Assembly: GCF_009914755.1 (NCBI RefSeq)
Contig: NC_060931.1
DNA from: the human T2T-CHM13v2.0 reference genome, Homo sapiens
Length of the DNA: 64,000 nt
Strand: one strand, 5' to 3'
The first letter of the stretch is position 1; every line of letters begins with the position of its first letter. The notes beneath the pieces are model-generated. The model was not told where the DNA came from. It worked only from the letters and a program-made list of their open reading frames with translations, and did no database searches. The position numbers were made by a program, and so were the translations under genes. Positions 17,340 to 36,515 of the stretch are shown here, in pieces.

Positions 17340-17580
17340 CTGGGAGGCAGCTTGGTATATCAGAAAGAGATCACGTGTGGGCTCAAAACCAGCTCCAGCA
17401 GAAGGTACAAGCTTGGAAACTTTGGGCAAAGAACTTAACTTCTCTGAGCCTCACCTTCCTCATGTGGAGAATGGAAGTATACTATCTTACTCCCAGAGTT
17501 CATGTGGGCATCAAGTGAGATAACTAGGTAAAGTGCTGTGCTCCATATCTAGCACCCAGGAAAGACTCTGTAAATAGCAG
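17340..17580 (+). mobile_element. MIR
   Basis: ttgggcaaagaacttaacttctctgagcctcaccttcctcatgtggagaatgg. Confidence 0.75.
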
Positions 17581-18686
17581 CCTCGGTACTTCCTCAGAGC
17601 TTCCCTGTTTTCTAAAATTCATGTCCTTTCCTAGCATCCTTTACAACAGCATGAATCTTGAATTCCTTTGGCTGCCAAGCCAAGGGAATAGCTTTCAAAA
17701 AGAAAGAGGCAGCTACCCTCCTGGATAACTGGAGTAGTATGCTATCTAAACAATGCCTAAAGGCATTTCTGTAGATAGTCACTTGGAGCACATGCTCAAA
17801 TGTCATCAAACTGTGGGTAGGGGTGCTCACTCAGGGACCAAGGAAATTCACATTTAAGCAATGGTTTTGTTCTCATCTCTGTGACTCAACTATACCTGGT
17901 AAAACTGTGACTAGTGGCATGTCATTAAAAGTGTATCCCCACTGCAAACCCCAGAGGTGGAGAAATGACAGTGGTGGTGAAAAACTGGCTGCAAGCACAG
18001 ACCAAATTCTGCAGTGACATTTCAGTCCTTTGAGTCAAACCAATCCTCCATTTCTGGGCATATGGATACCTTGGAGGAAGCAGTTCTTCACATTTGCTGT
18101 GACTGGAGCGTCCTAATTGGCACCAGCAGGCTTCAGGTATAGGCAAAGAAAAGGAACCCCTACCCTCCAAAAAAAGCTGGGGTGGAGGCAGGGGGGATGG
18201 GAAGAGAAAAAAGAGATGGTGTTGGAGAAGAAGGAGCTTCAGGGGGCATTTATGTCATTATTACTTAAGTCATCTGAGGCCACATCTGTCCTAAGCCATT
18301 ATTAGTCTGTTTTTCAATCTGGAGGAGAAGGTACAAGTAGAATTTAAGGGATATTTTTCCAAAGATGAAGAAAAAAGTCATACTACATACTTCATTATAT
18401 AAATTCATTATATACTTATTATATATTTCATTATATAAATGAAAATCCCACTAGGAGATGTCAGTAGTTACTCTTCATATCTGTAATATGAAATTTCAAT
18501 AAAAGGGTGCAGGTGGCAAAATAGAAACCTGAGCAGACCTCATCTTCTCATTCTTCCCGCAGCGTTTGGAGACCTCTGCAAAGACAGACTATTTTATATG
18601 GGGGCCCAGTTGTTTTCTGATCTTTTTAGATGCTGGCCCAGAAAAACAAAACCAAACCAAACAAAAGTGAGTTCTCTTGTACCTTA

Positions 18687-20130
<1,444 letters not shown>

Positions 20131-22436
20131 AAATTAGAAGTTGAAAACTATAACTGTTTCTTAAGACAACTATGAAATAGTTAATATCATCAAAAGCATT
20201 AAAACGTTCTTTTGGTAAAGCAGAGGAAATGGAAGGGGCAGTGAAGAGTAAATTAGATAAAATAATTCTGTGTCAAAACCTCTCCCCTTTTAAAACAACA
20301 GCAACAATAAGAAAACACCACCCATACAAATCATGATAGAGCGGCACCTTGGATCGAGTCCTGTAGCTATGCTAGATAGCCCCACACCTTCCCAGTTAAT
20401 CAGCTATAGGATACCTGAGTGGGAAAGAAAGTGCACGTGGGCACTGTCCAACCCCAGTGGCCACAGGGAAGGCAGGGTATTTTGCAGAATTGGAGCCAGC
20501 AAGTAAGCAGTCCGAATTCCGAGTTCCTGGGTGCCAACTGGAGTGAGCTGAGTGATCACTAAAAAACAATATAAATGGGATCCACTTCCACCTTCAGGAT
20601 GGGCAGGATTAAGGCGTATTTAAGGAAGCCACAACACAGCAGTTTGCTCTACTCACTGTTCCAAAGAGGCAGGGTCATATCTACCTTTTGGTGTGTGTGC
20701 CTGGAGGCTCCGGGGAGAGGTGGACACAGATAACCCTGAAACCTCCCAGGCAGGGAATCACCTCTTCACACACAGTTTGCATCTCTGCAGTTGACGGCAG
20801 GAGCAAAAAATGTGGCCAGCCAGGTTGGAAGGGTGACAACTGATGGAGGCATGGAACCACCTTCGGCTTGGGGCCAACCCAGGTTACTAATCACAGGTCA
20901 GGTATTCAGGTCAGATGTCCACCATTCACACGGGCTCTTTGTCTGCCAAGGCCTGGGTCCAGGCTATGAGTGTTCAAAAATAGAACAGGAAGTTCAGAAA
21001 AAAGCAGAAGCCAAGAGAAGGTTACAGCATGGGAGGGCAGGCTTGGGAGAGAGGATTTATCTTGTGGGGAGGACCTCCCAGTTTAGGAGAGAAGCACCTG
21101 CTCTAGGCACAGGAAGACATCACAAACAGGTGATGAACAGCAGCCGGGAAGCAAGGGGCCTGTTGTGTTTCCATGTTACATCCTGATTCCAGGATGAGCA
21201 AGACTAGGAAACAGACCAGTTTACAGTGGCCACCAGCCTCACAGACTGTACCTATTAAAATGGAATGATTCTTCTGTCCTTTTGTGAGCAGGAGCCGAAG
21301 AACAGGTAAATGAAGGGAAGCAAAGGAAAGAGAAAGAGGCCTGGATGGGTGAGGGGAGCATTTGTGATCTTGGCCCACTCAGCGCCCATCCCCCTTCTTC
21401 TCTTCTTCCAGTAACAGCAGCTTGATTTTCCTCCTGGGAGCACCCTCCTCCACATTCAGTCTGGGAGGCTCCCACAGAGTAGCCCCCGCCCTACAGGGTC
21501 TAGTTCAAGGACCCTCATGAAGTCCTCTCAAGGGGATGTGGGTAGTTGATAAAATCATTATCCCAGATATTTGTGTAAGGCCTTATAGTGTAAGGGTTTC
21601 CTTATAGAAATTTCCTACTTGGGGCTTTGGGTCTTTCTGGCTTCCTAAATTCATGTATAACCTTGTCTCTTGGTTCACTGGGTTGAGATTCCCTAGCCCC
21701 CTGCTGTGCTAACTGTACCCCAGGGACATATCCCACAGCTTCCTCATAACTGCAGCAGGAGCCAGCGCAGAGAATGAGGTCAGGGCTCTTGGCCTTCTCA
21801 GAGAAGCGGACTAAGCCTAGGAATGATTAGATTTTGCTTTGGGGAAATCTGATACCTATTCAAATAGGGGGTGTACCTGGAGCCCACAGTGGAAATGGGA
21901 AGGGTGAGGATTTGGCAGCTCCATCAACAGAAGACAGATAAAAACTCACCACTTACAGAAAAAGCAGGGGCAAAAGCAGTGAGCGTTCCTTTTGGAGTAG
22001 ATTTCTGCTTTTCAGCAAGCGCAGGGAACAGAAAGATCCAGCTGTGAAGGGGCCAGCGAATCATGCATTTAAAAGTTGCACTGCCAGGGCCTAGGAAAGG
22101 AGGCCTCTCTTCAGCCGTGACCCCACTTTGGATTCTTCCAAAACCCAGGTGATCATATAATCCTTTAAACGTCTCTGGCCCCTTTAACTACCAAAGCCCA
22201 GTGACATCTTAATAAGAAGCCTGGTGGCATAGTCTTGGATCTGGAGCCAGGAGTGTGCTTCTTGCTTCTTTAAATAGTCCGAATACCATGTAGGAAGCCT
22301 GAAATCTTGATCTTGGTATAGCCCTTGGGTCAGTTACCTCTCTGGACAGCTTTCCCTAGTGCAGGTGGTTAATTCTTTCATATCTGCAGAGTGCAGACTT
22401 GAACAGACAGAACTAACACTGCCTCTTGCCTACAGT

Positions 22437-22558
22437 GCTTACGCCTGTAATCCCAGCACTTTGGGAGGCTGAGGTGGGTGAATTGCCTGAGGTCAGAAGT
22501 TCGAGACCAGTCTGGCCAACATGGTGAAACCCCATCTCTACTAAAAAAAAATACAAAA
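22437..22558 (+). repeat. Alu left-arm fragment, apparent copy of the Alu at 24776-24897, flanked by 14-bp direct repeat ctgcctcttgccta
   Basis: Shares private variants gcttacgcc, gaattgcctgag, tctggccaac and an A9 linker; flanks at 22419-22432 and 22560-22573. Confidence 0.8.
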
Positions 22559-22592
22559 CCTGCCTCTTGCCTAGGTTAGTGCTAGGTACCGT

Positions 22593-22940
22593 TCATTCAT
22601 TCATTCAGAGACAGGGTCTTGCTCTGTTGCTCAGACAGGAGTGCAGTGTTGTGATCACAGCTCACGGCAACCTCTGCCTCCCAAACTCAAGTGATCCTCC
22701 CACCTCAGCCTCCCGAGTAGTTGGGACTACAGGCATGTGCCACCATGCCTGGCTAATTTTTAAAAAAATTATTGTAGAGATGAGATCTCATTACATTGCC
22801 CAGGCTGGCTTTACTATTTTTGGTAGAGACGGGGTCTCAATATGTTGCCCAGGCTGGTCTTGAACTCCTAGGCTCAGCGATCCTCCAGCCTCAGCCTCCC
22901 AAAATGCTGGGATTACAGGCATGAGCCACTGTGCCTGGCT
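22593..22940 (-). mobile_element. AluJ-like with internal duplication (about 22770-22860)
   Basis: tagaga...ttgcccaggctgg segment occurs twice. Confidence 0.88.
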
Positions 22941-23529
22941 CCTTCTCTACCGCAGAGGAGTTGGTGGTGTCTTCTGGGTATCCACTGGAAAATTCCAGGG
23001 CACTCTACCTGTCCAGCAGAGCTGAGCACACCTTGGGATGTGCTCCCAAGGGAAGCTCTGCCTCCCTCCACTCAGGCCAAGCTACTTGCTGGACTTCCTG
23101 CCTATGGCCTCTCCATTCTCTTCAGACCTCGGGCTGTAGGAAGTTTCCCTCAGCACCACACATGGCTTCGCTGCCCTGCCTCTAACCCCACACAAATTCT
23201 AGCCAGGAGACCCTGCACCCACCCCAACAGGCTGAGCAGCAACAACCACGACCACCCAACACCAAATGTTGCTGCCGGGTGTGAAGTGGCCGGTCCAGAA
23301 CACGGGGTCCCTGACTGGACTCACAGGGCCAGGGCTGGGAATCTTCCCCGCACCTCTCTCAGCTGGCACAGGAGAGAGGGCACACAAGAGAGAGCTTCAG
23401 GGTGACAGGGCACAGAAGTCACCCAAATCTCTGACTCTGTTCATGGCCATCATGGTTTCCAGCTTCCCTTGAGGGAGGCAGAAAAAGGGGAGAAACTGAA
23501 GGCCTGACTCAAAAAATAAAGGGTTGGGT

Positions 23530-23715
23530 GGGGGACAACGGGGTGCGAAGCGGAGCTGCTGGAAGGATTCCTGGACCATTCAGCACAGCGGCCTTGGAGC
23601 AGCTCATCACTAATCACGGTGTTCTGAGGCTCCGAATGCTCTGCGCAGGCCAGCTGGGGCACCGCTCTGCTGTGCCTGCATCCCGCCCTTACAGATGCTC
23701 ACAGCCACGCCTGAG
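23530..23715. promoter_or_regulatory. Short CpG-retaining unique segment, candidate regulatory element
   Basis: About 10 CpGs in about 180 bp of non-repeat DNA in a CpG-depleted window. Confidence 0.25.
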
Positions 23716-24451
23716 GCTTTGCCACATGGGAAGTAGTCTCCTCCCAGGGCTCTGGTCGGGGACAAGGGGACAGTACGAGGCTTGCACTAACTTGGGTGTC
23801 ATTCCTTTGTGACCTCGTTTTGTAAAAATCGTGAACACCCTAGACCTGAGAGGAGGACCAGCCCAGATGAAAGCTTGGAAGAATTCCCAGGGGCTGGTGG
23901 CAGTCTCAGCCTGGCTGCTCTGCCCAGGGACATGGCCCACAGGGCTCTGCTTTCCCTGCTGCCAGCTCCTCAGCTGGAGACAGCATGGCCAGTGGAGGCC
24001 TCCTGTGGCTGCTTCTCTCAGACCAAACTCCTTTGAGAAATTTTGACATGAATGAGAATAGGGTAGCCTAATTGAAATACAATGGGGTCTTCCTCCTAAA
24101 TTCCCACCTCTAAGCTAGTTTTCTCTTGGGAGGGACTAGTGCTCTCTTTTTAAGAGGGGTGTGTGTGAGTGAGTGAGTGAGTGTGTGTATGCGCACACAT
24201 AGGTTAACAGTTTGGTTCTAATTTAGTTGCCTGTCCCAACTGCATTGTTTACTGGTAGTGGTAACTTTACTTCATCATATAACCTGCTCTTCACAGTGGC
24301 TTCAAAATGCATTGTAACTCATCACTGGTACTACCATGCCCTCAGACATCATGAAGACAGGCTGAGGGCAGGGCTGGGACTATGTGTGTACACGTGCGTG
24401 CCTGTGTGTGCCCTCACAGTTAAAGTTGGGTCCATATTAAGAAGATACAAA

Positions 24452-25216
<765 letters not shown>

Positions 25217-25324
25217 GTACAGCACCACTGCCAGTTTTTAGGGAGTGTGGTTCTGGGTCTCGATGCCCTCACTCTTTGGATACATGACGTGGGGTGTATC
25301 ATTTCATACTGAGGTCTCTGCAAA

Positions 25325-25570
25325 GCAGAGGGGCTAAGAGGGCTCGGGGTTAGACACACCTGGGTTTGAATCCTGATTCTGCCACTTTCTAGCTGTTAGT
25401 CTTTGGTCAAGTTCCTTTTCTCTGTATGCCTCACTTTCCTCATCTACAAATTGGAAATATTGAGAGTTCCTATTGCAAAGTATTGCTGTGATGACTAAAT
25501 ATGTGAATACATATCAAGCGCTCAGAAAACTTCCTGGCACACAGTATGTATTCAATAAATATTTAGTATT
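25325..25570 (+). mobile_element. MIR
   Basis: cctgggtttgaatcctgattctgccactttctagctg...cctcactttcctcatctacaaa. Confidence 0.85.
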
Positions 25571-26211
25571 TATATTATTCAACAGATAGCAGCTGTTATT
25601 ATTATAAATAAAAAAGGGTGGGAAGTTGGACTGAATCACACTTAGGTCTTTTGCAGCTCTAAAATCCCACAGTTTTATGATGTTATGGAAGACTCAACAG
25701 ATCCTGAATGGATCCTTTAAAAAACACACTAGCCAAAGGGAGAGAGGCCACAAAGAATTTAAGATGAGGCTGCCCACCCTGCTCCTGGCCCCTGTATGTG
25801 CACTTTGTGTCAAAGCCCATGTGTTTCAGGTTGGCACACACCAAGACAGCACCACAGCCCTGCAGCCTCTTCCCTTGTGAAGGCAGCGGAGCGAGGTCAA
25901 AACCCTTTTTGTTTTGCCTGTTTGTGGATTCTAGCTCCACCTCCCAAGCTGCTGCTCCATTATGCTGGGCTGTTTAACAGGGCCGCCAGGGTCAGGGCTA
26001 GCAGGCTTCAAGTGTCCATGCGGCTGCTGAGACACTCTACTGGTACTTGACTTTGCTGCAAAGTAGGGAGGAAAAGGAGAAGTGATGCTTGCTGAAAAGT
26101 CTGGATTTTAGAACTGAAAGACACTGCTCGATGTAGGACTAAAATCCTTCTTTGATGTAACGAGGATATTTGGGTTTAAAGTCTCCTTTTTCAAGAGGAC
26201 CAAAAGATGAG

Positions 26212-27330
<1,119 letters not shown>

Positions 27331-27737
27331 CCTTGTTAACAGGGCAAACAAGGTCCAGAATACAAAGCTAAAGAGAGAAGAAAGAGAGAGTTTACTGTCT
27401 GGCCACTGGTAAAACGAAAGAAATCACCTCTGTTATGAGACAAGCTATAAAACAATAATAGGTGGAAGCAACCAGACCCCCTCCATCTTTGCACTCCCCA
27501 TGCCGGAGCCAGTTGTGACAAATTACAGGACTGTTGGGGGAATAAACCATTAATGATTGATGTTCCAAGAAAAGCTGCCTCACTAACCTTTAGAAAAATC
27601 TATTTGAATCCTTCCTTACTTCCTCTTCAGATGGTGTAGTCTACAACATTCCCCAGTGCATGGATTGGCAGGTAGAGCTCTCTTTGTGAGGAATCTGCTC
27701 TCCAAATGGGAAGCACATACATTGCGAGCAACTTTAA

Positions 27738-28366
<629 letters not shown>

Positions 28367-29157
28367 CTAATTTCCATTTCTGATTAAACAGCAGCACAGC
28401 GAATTATAAGCTTTCACACATCCATCCAAACTTCCAACTATGTAGGAAATAATTCCAAGAGCACAAAGAAGGCTCTAGGAGCATACCTCTGGCCTGTGGC
28501 AGGACAGAATCCACTGTTCACCTTATTTTAGGATGCTTAATGTATCCCCCATCCCTCAGGCAGCACAGAAGTTACCTTACATGTCCCTTAGTGTGAACAA
28601 ACCAAGGCTGAGCAGAGAGTCTGAGGTGATGGCTGGCAGAACCAGGTGTGGACAAATTCAGGAAAGCAGCGCTGTCACCTTCCCCTCTGTCTCCTTAGTG
28701 CTGGGCTTCATGCTTGGCACCCAACACACACTCAGCCAAATGGCAAATGACAGGTGAGAAATACAGCGTTGACCTCTGCAGATGCATTTTGGGAGTGTCC
28801 AGTATGGCAAAGGGCATCCTAGTCCAGCCCTTAGGAGATGATCAATCATGTTTGCCCAGTGAATGAACTCATGAGCTTCCTACTCATCAGGAGCACATGA
28901 GAGACCAGGAAGGATTCTGCCCTGTGCCTGCCATCTTGGTCCTCCTGTGCTGCAGCATCTCAGGATCCTATCAAGCAAATAAGGAGTTCCTGTAGCTTCA
29001 TACAGTTGTGGCAGCATCTACTTTAGCATCACTGACTGAAAGCTGGGTAGACCATTATAGACACTATCCCTCTTCTATTAATTTAACAATTAACATTTAA
29101 AAAGCACTGGAAATCATCACAGCATGAGGTTCTTTTAAATAACAGACTAGGTCTTAC

Positions 29158-29175
29158 CTCCGTATTCACTATTCT
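29158..29175 (-). other. Candidate 18-nt microexon
   Basis: Minus strand: gtcttaatgtttatttctag|agaatagtgaatacggag|gtaaga. Confidence 0.3.
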
Positions 29176-29532
29176 CTAGAAATAAACATTAAGACAAATT
29201 AAAAACTAGCAATCTGATTCTCTTCTGTGTCCCATGCAGTCATATAATAAGGAACAAGATTTTTTTTCCAGGGTGAGTATACCAATGGGCAATTTGACAG
29301 TAGTTGTTAAAACTGAAATGTGTATATGACCCAGTCATTCCTGAATAAACACTATGCACAAGAGTGTTCACTAGAGCACTGCCAATATTAACAGGGGGGA
29401 AAATGTAACCAACACTTTCATTCTATGGAATATTACTCACGAAGCAGACAGTCACGCACAGGCTTGAAAGATACCTAAGTTGAATGGTTTGGAGAAAAAC
29501 AGAGTTGCAGAACTTATATATGGTACCGTTTA

Positions 29533-29873
<341 letters not shown>

Positions 29874-29893
29874 CTAGATATTTTTCCATAGGG

Positions 29894-29904
29894 GTGTGTG
29901 TGTG

Positions 29905-29951
<47 letters not shown>

Positions 29952-30045
29952 TATATACACACATACACACATATATATATGTATATATGAATATAAAGGC
30001 AATGTTATATATATGAATATAAATGTTTTCCATATATATATATAT
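29894..30045 (+). repeat. Compound (TG)/(TA)/(CA) microsatellite
   Basis: Direct reading. Confidence 0.9.
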
Positions 30046-31158
30046 GCAAGAAAAATGTTTGGACAGACACATCCCAGACTAACAACCGTATGTATGTTTA
30101 GGGTAGGGACTGGGCTTGTAGTAGTATTAAGAAGGACTTTATCTTGTAATAATGTATTACTTGTGTAATGTAAAAATTATTTTTAAAAACCCAAGAACAA
30201 TTTTAAAAAGTATGACTGTACTACTTTGCTTCTCATGGTAGTTGTTCTTTGTGAATTTATTATCTAGCTGGAGATAAAATGTTAAATTAAAAGGTATTTC
30301 CTTAGATCTTAGGAATGAATGCAGACAGTGGCAAGAAAATCTAACTGTATTACAAACGTGTAAAAAAACTTCACTGAAGAGGGTTGAGGGAAAAGTGCTG
30401 ACCTAAGTAACTTTGAAAATGAGTAGTCCCTAAGACTAAAGGCAAAAGTGAATATAAGCACTGTCCTCTATTCGATAACATTGTTTCCCATGGGTTATAA
30501 TTCTCATACTGTTATTCATGCATATTGGAACTGAACAATTAAGAAAATGGATAGCATATGGTAGATGCTGGGTTTCTTACTGTTGCAGTAGAAATTTATA
30601 GATAAGCAAAGGGAGGGGACTAGAATGATCCATATGGTAATTGGTTAGAGTATGAACTCATGCTTAATATAGATATAGATGGTTACATATAGAAATATTT
30701 ATAGGTATATGATACCTATTTATAGCTATAAATACACAGTTAGAAGACACACACTTATTTTCTTGTTCTGCCATCTGAGAAGGCCCAGAAGCAGCAACAC
30801 TCCAGCTGCAATGAGCATAACTAGTACCCAGATCTTGGTTTCTAGTATCATTCTCCTATAAAAGGAGCCAGGACTCCCTGGAGAAATGGCTGATTCTGGG
30901 GCAGAGGCAGGAAATATACAAGATGAGCCTGGGGCATCTTACAGTACCAGAAAGTAAGGCAGTGCTAAATAAATAATAAAATCCTACAAGGATAGGTGTG
31001 TATCAAAGGGACACAAGAACCACTTGAAAGAGCTTCCAGTGGCCAAAACTGGAGGAATTTGAGAAACAAAATAAAGTAGTATTGGATTATAACCCAAAGT
31101 ACAAAATAAAGATCTATGAGTCCATACTGTTATAAATGCATGATTGAATAAATAAATG

Positions 31159-31515
31159 GGCCACGCGTGGTAGCTCACACCTGTAATCCCAGCAGTTTGG
31201 GAGGCCGAGATGGAAGGATTGCTTGAACCCAGGAGTTTGAGACTAGCCTGGGAAACACAGTGAGACCCATCTCTACAAATAATAATAATTAATAATAATT
31301 AGCTGGGCATGGTAGCATGCACCTGTAGTCCCAGTTACTCAGGAGTCTGAGACAGGAGGTTCACCTGAGGCCAGGAGGTCGAGGCTACAGTAAGCTGTGA
31401 CAGTGCCACCACATTCCAGCCTGGGTGACACAATGAGACTCTGTATCAATAATAAATGAATGAATGAATGAATGAATGAATGAATGAATAAATAAATAAA
31501 TAAATAAATAAATAA
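31159..31515 (+). mobile_element. AluJ-like with (gaat)/(aaat) tail
   Basis: TSD aataaataaatgg. Confidence 0.92.
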
Positions 31516-31600
31516 ATGGAGGAGAAGATACAAATTTTCCTTGCAGAAAAATTCCAAATAATATATACAGACATTCCATCCTTAAGGCATGGAAGCATAA

Positions 31601-32215
<615 letters not shown>

Positions 32216-32629
32216 CCTCCCCACTTCTTAAGTGTGGGTTGTGCACAGTGACTTCCTTCCAGAGAGTACAGCATGGAAAAAGCAGGGCAGGAGAGGCTGT
32301 GGGAGAAGAGTAATTTCACAGAGGACAAACTTGACAAATACTGCCTCAAACACTACCTCAGTCAGGTGATCAAGGTCAACATTAACAGTGATAAACCATG
32401 CTGAGAGTACATTACCCTTGATGTATGTGATGAAAATGGCACTTTACCTCTGTGGTCTTTACCCCCAAAACATATAACCCAAGTCTAGTCATTAGAAAAC
32501 ACATCAGGCAAATATCAACAGAAGGGTATCCTATAATAGGCCTGACCAGAACTCCTCAAAACTGTCAAGTTTATTTAAAAAAAAAACAAGGAAAGCCTGA
32601 GAGACTGGCACAGCTAAGAGGAGGCTAAG

Positions 32630-32999
<370 letters not shown>

Positions 33000-33157
33000 C
33001 TATCGTGCAAAACTAAGGAAATCTGAATAAACTACGGACTTCGGTTAATAATAATGTGTTAATATTGGTTCAAGAATTGTAGCAGATGTACCACACTAAT
33101 GTAAGACGTTAATTATAGGGGAAACCAGGTGCGGGATATATATGGCAGCTCTCTGTA

Positions 33158-33513
33158 CAGGTCGAGAATCCCTAATCAGAAAATCCAAAATGCTTCCAAA
33201 TCTGCAACTTTCTGAGTGCTGACATGATGCCACAGCTGAAAAATTTCACACCTGACCTCATGTGATGGGTCACAGTAAAAACACAGCTAAAACTTTGTTT
33301 CATGCACGAAATTATGAAAAATGTTGTGTAAATGTACCTTCAGGCTATGTGTATTAGGTGTATATGACACATAAATGAATTTTGTGTCTATCCTTGGGTC
33401 TCATCCCCAAGACGGCTCATTATGTACATATGCAAATATTCCAAAGTCAGAAAGCATCTGAAATCCAAAACACTTCTGGTCCCAAGCATTCTGGATAAGA
33501 GATATTCAACTGG
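33158..33513 (+). mobile_element. Tigger4b-like (TcMar-Tigger) MITE
   Basis: TIR-like ends caggtcgagaatccc / gagatattcaactgg, TA on both flanks, internal match to recalled Tigger4b. Confidence 0.8.
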
Positions 33514-33544
33514 TATTATCGTCTCACTTTTTCTTTAAATATAA

Positions 33545-33914
<370 letters not shown>

Positions 33915-33926
33915 TTTCTTACTCCT

Positions 33927-34009
33927 TAAAAAGAAAAGAAAAGAAAAGAAAAGAGAAAAGAAAAGAAAAGAAAAGAAAAGAAAAGAAAAGAAAAGAAAAG
34001 AAAAGAAAA
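33927..34009 (+). repeat. (GAAAA)n pentanucleotide repeat
   Basis: Direct reading. Confidence 0.95.
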
Positions 34010-34012
34010 CCC

Positions 34013-34600
<588 letters not shown>

Positions 34601-34939
34601 AAAGCCAAAATCTAAATAAACCTAAGTACAGATTACTAATGTATATGAATTATGGATTTTTTTTTCCCTTGGGAGAAGTTTTAGGACTATGAGGTCACAA
34701 CTACTTCAGATGATAGTGGAAATAAATTCATAGTTTGATTTAGCAGCTTGGGACCATGGACCCCCAAGGCCCCTCCAGCACCCAGGGACAACTGCTGAGT
34801 ATGCAGTTGTTCTGAGTGGGCATTGTAGGTCAATACCAAGCAGCATGGTGCCTACGTTGGCAGGGGTGGGATCACCATCAGGTCTGTGGGTAACCCTTCA
34901 CCACACTAGCAGCTAATTTAGATGGCAGCAGTAGCTTTG

Positions 34940-35440
34940 GAGATCCATCACTCTTCTGCTCAAATCCCTTTAATCTCCTGTAGCTGTCTGCCTCGTTTAC
35001 TTCCCCCTCCAGTCACGCTGGGCTCATAGCTGTTCCTCAAACCCACCAAGCATGTTCCTGCCTCAGTGCTGTTGCACCTGCTGTTTCTTCTGACTGGAAT
35101 GTTACTCCCCTAAAAAACTTCCTGACTTGTCTCCTCAATTCTTTTGGGTCTCTGCTCAAATGACACTGTATCAGAGAAACCTTTGTGGTGAAAATAGCAA
35201 CCCTACATCATCACTCCCTTTTACCTCATCAGCTTCACTTTTCTTTCTCAGTACTAACATATTGTCTATTTAGTTGCTTGCTGCCTGCTGTTGCCCATTA
35301 AAAGGCGATTTCCATGAAAGCAGGGGCTTTACCTGTTTTCATCTGCTTTGGTTCACTGTTGCATTACCAATACCTAGATAGAATCTAGTAGATAGTTGGC
35401 ACTCAAAAATATCTACTGAAGAAATACATGAATGAATGGG
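34940..35440 (+). mobile_element. L2 fragment
   Basis: ctgctcaaatgacac...ttccatgaaagcaggggc...gcactcaaaaatatctactgaagaaatacatgaatgaa. Confidence 0.75.
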
Positions 35441-35682
35441 TGATTTTCTACATCACAATATGGTGAATCATATGTGCTCATAAATAATTGTATCCACAAT
35501 GCATTTGTCAGTCCTTTCCATTCTTTAAAGCTCAGAAAGTTACCTACATACAAAGTATATGCATAGACAAGCAGATTATTCATTCAACAAATATTTACTG
35601 AGTGGGTCCTATATGTCAAAGCATTGTAGTGGGCATCAGGGGTACAAAGGTGAGTAAGATCCACTTTTTGACCTCCAGGAGG

Positions 35683-36515
35683 TCCATCCATCCACCCATC
35701 CATCCATCCATCCATCCATCCATCCATCCATTCATCCATCCACCCATCCATCCATCCATCCATCCATCCATCCATCCACCCATCCATCCATCCATCCATC
35801 CACCCATCCATCCATTCATCCATCCACCCATCCATCCATCCTTCCATCCATCCACCCAACCACCCATCCTTCCATCCATCCACCCAACCACCCATCCATC
35901 CATCCATCCATCCATCCATCCATCCATCCATCCACCCATCCATCCATTCATCCATCCACCCATCCATCCATCCACCCATCCATCCATTCATCCATCCACC
36001 CATCCACCCATCCATCCATTCATCCATCCACCCATCCATCCATTCATCCATCCACCCATCCATCCATCCTTCCATCCATCCACCCAACCACCCATCCATC
36101 CATCCATCCACCCAACCACCCATCCACCCATCCATCCATCCATCTATGCTTCCATCCATCCACCCATCCACCCACCCATCCATCCATCCATCATCCATCA
36201 TCCATCCATCCATCATCCATCATCCATCCATCCATCATCCATCATCCATCCATCCATCCATTCATCCATCCACCCATCCATCCATCCTTCCATCCATCCA
36301 CCCAACCACCCATCCATCCACCCCTCCATCCGTCCACCCATCCATCCATCCATCCATCCATCCATCCATCCATCTATGCTTCCATCCATCCACCCATCCA
36401 CCCACCCATCCATCCATCCATCATCCATCATCCATCCATCCATCATCCATCATCCATCCATCCATCATCCATCATCCATCCATCCATCCATCCATCCATC
36501 CATCCATCCATCCAT
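35683..36515 (+). repeat. (CCAT)n/(CCAC)n tetranucleotide array with higher-order block duplication
   Basis: About 830 bp; variant block catctatgcttccatcc at 36141 and 36371. Confidence 0.95.
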
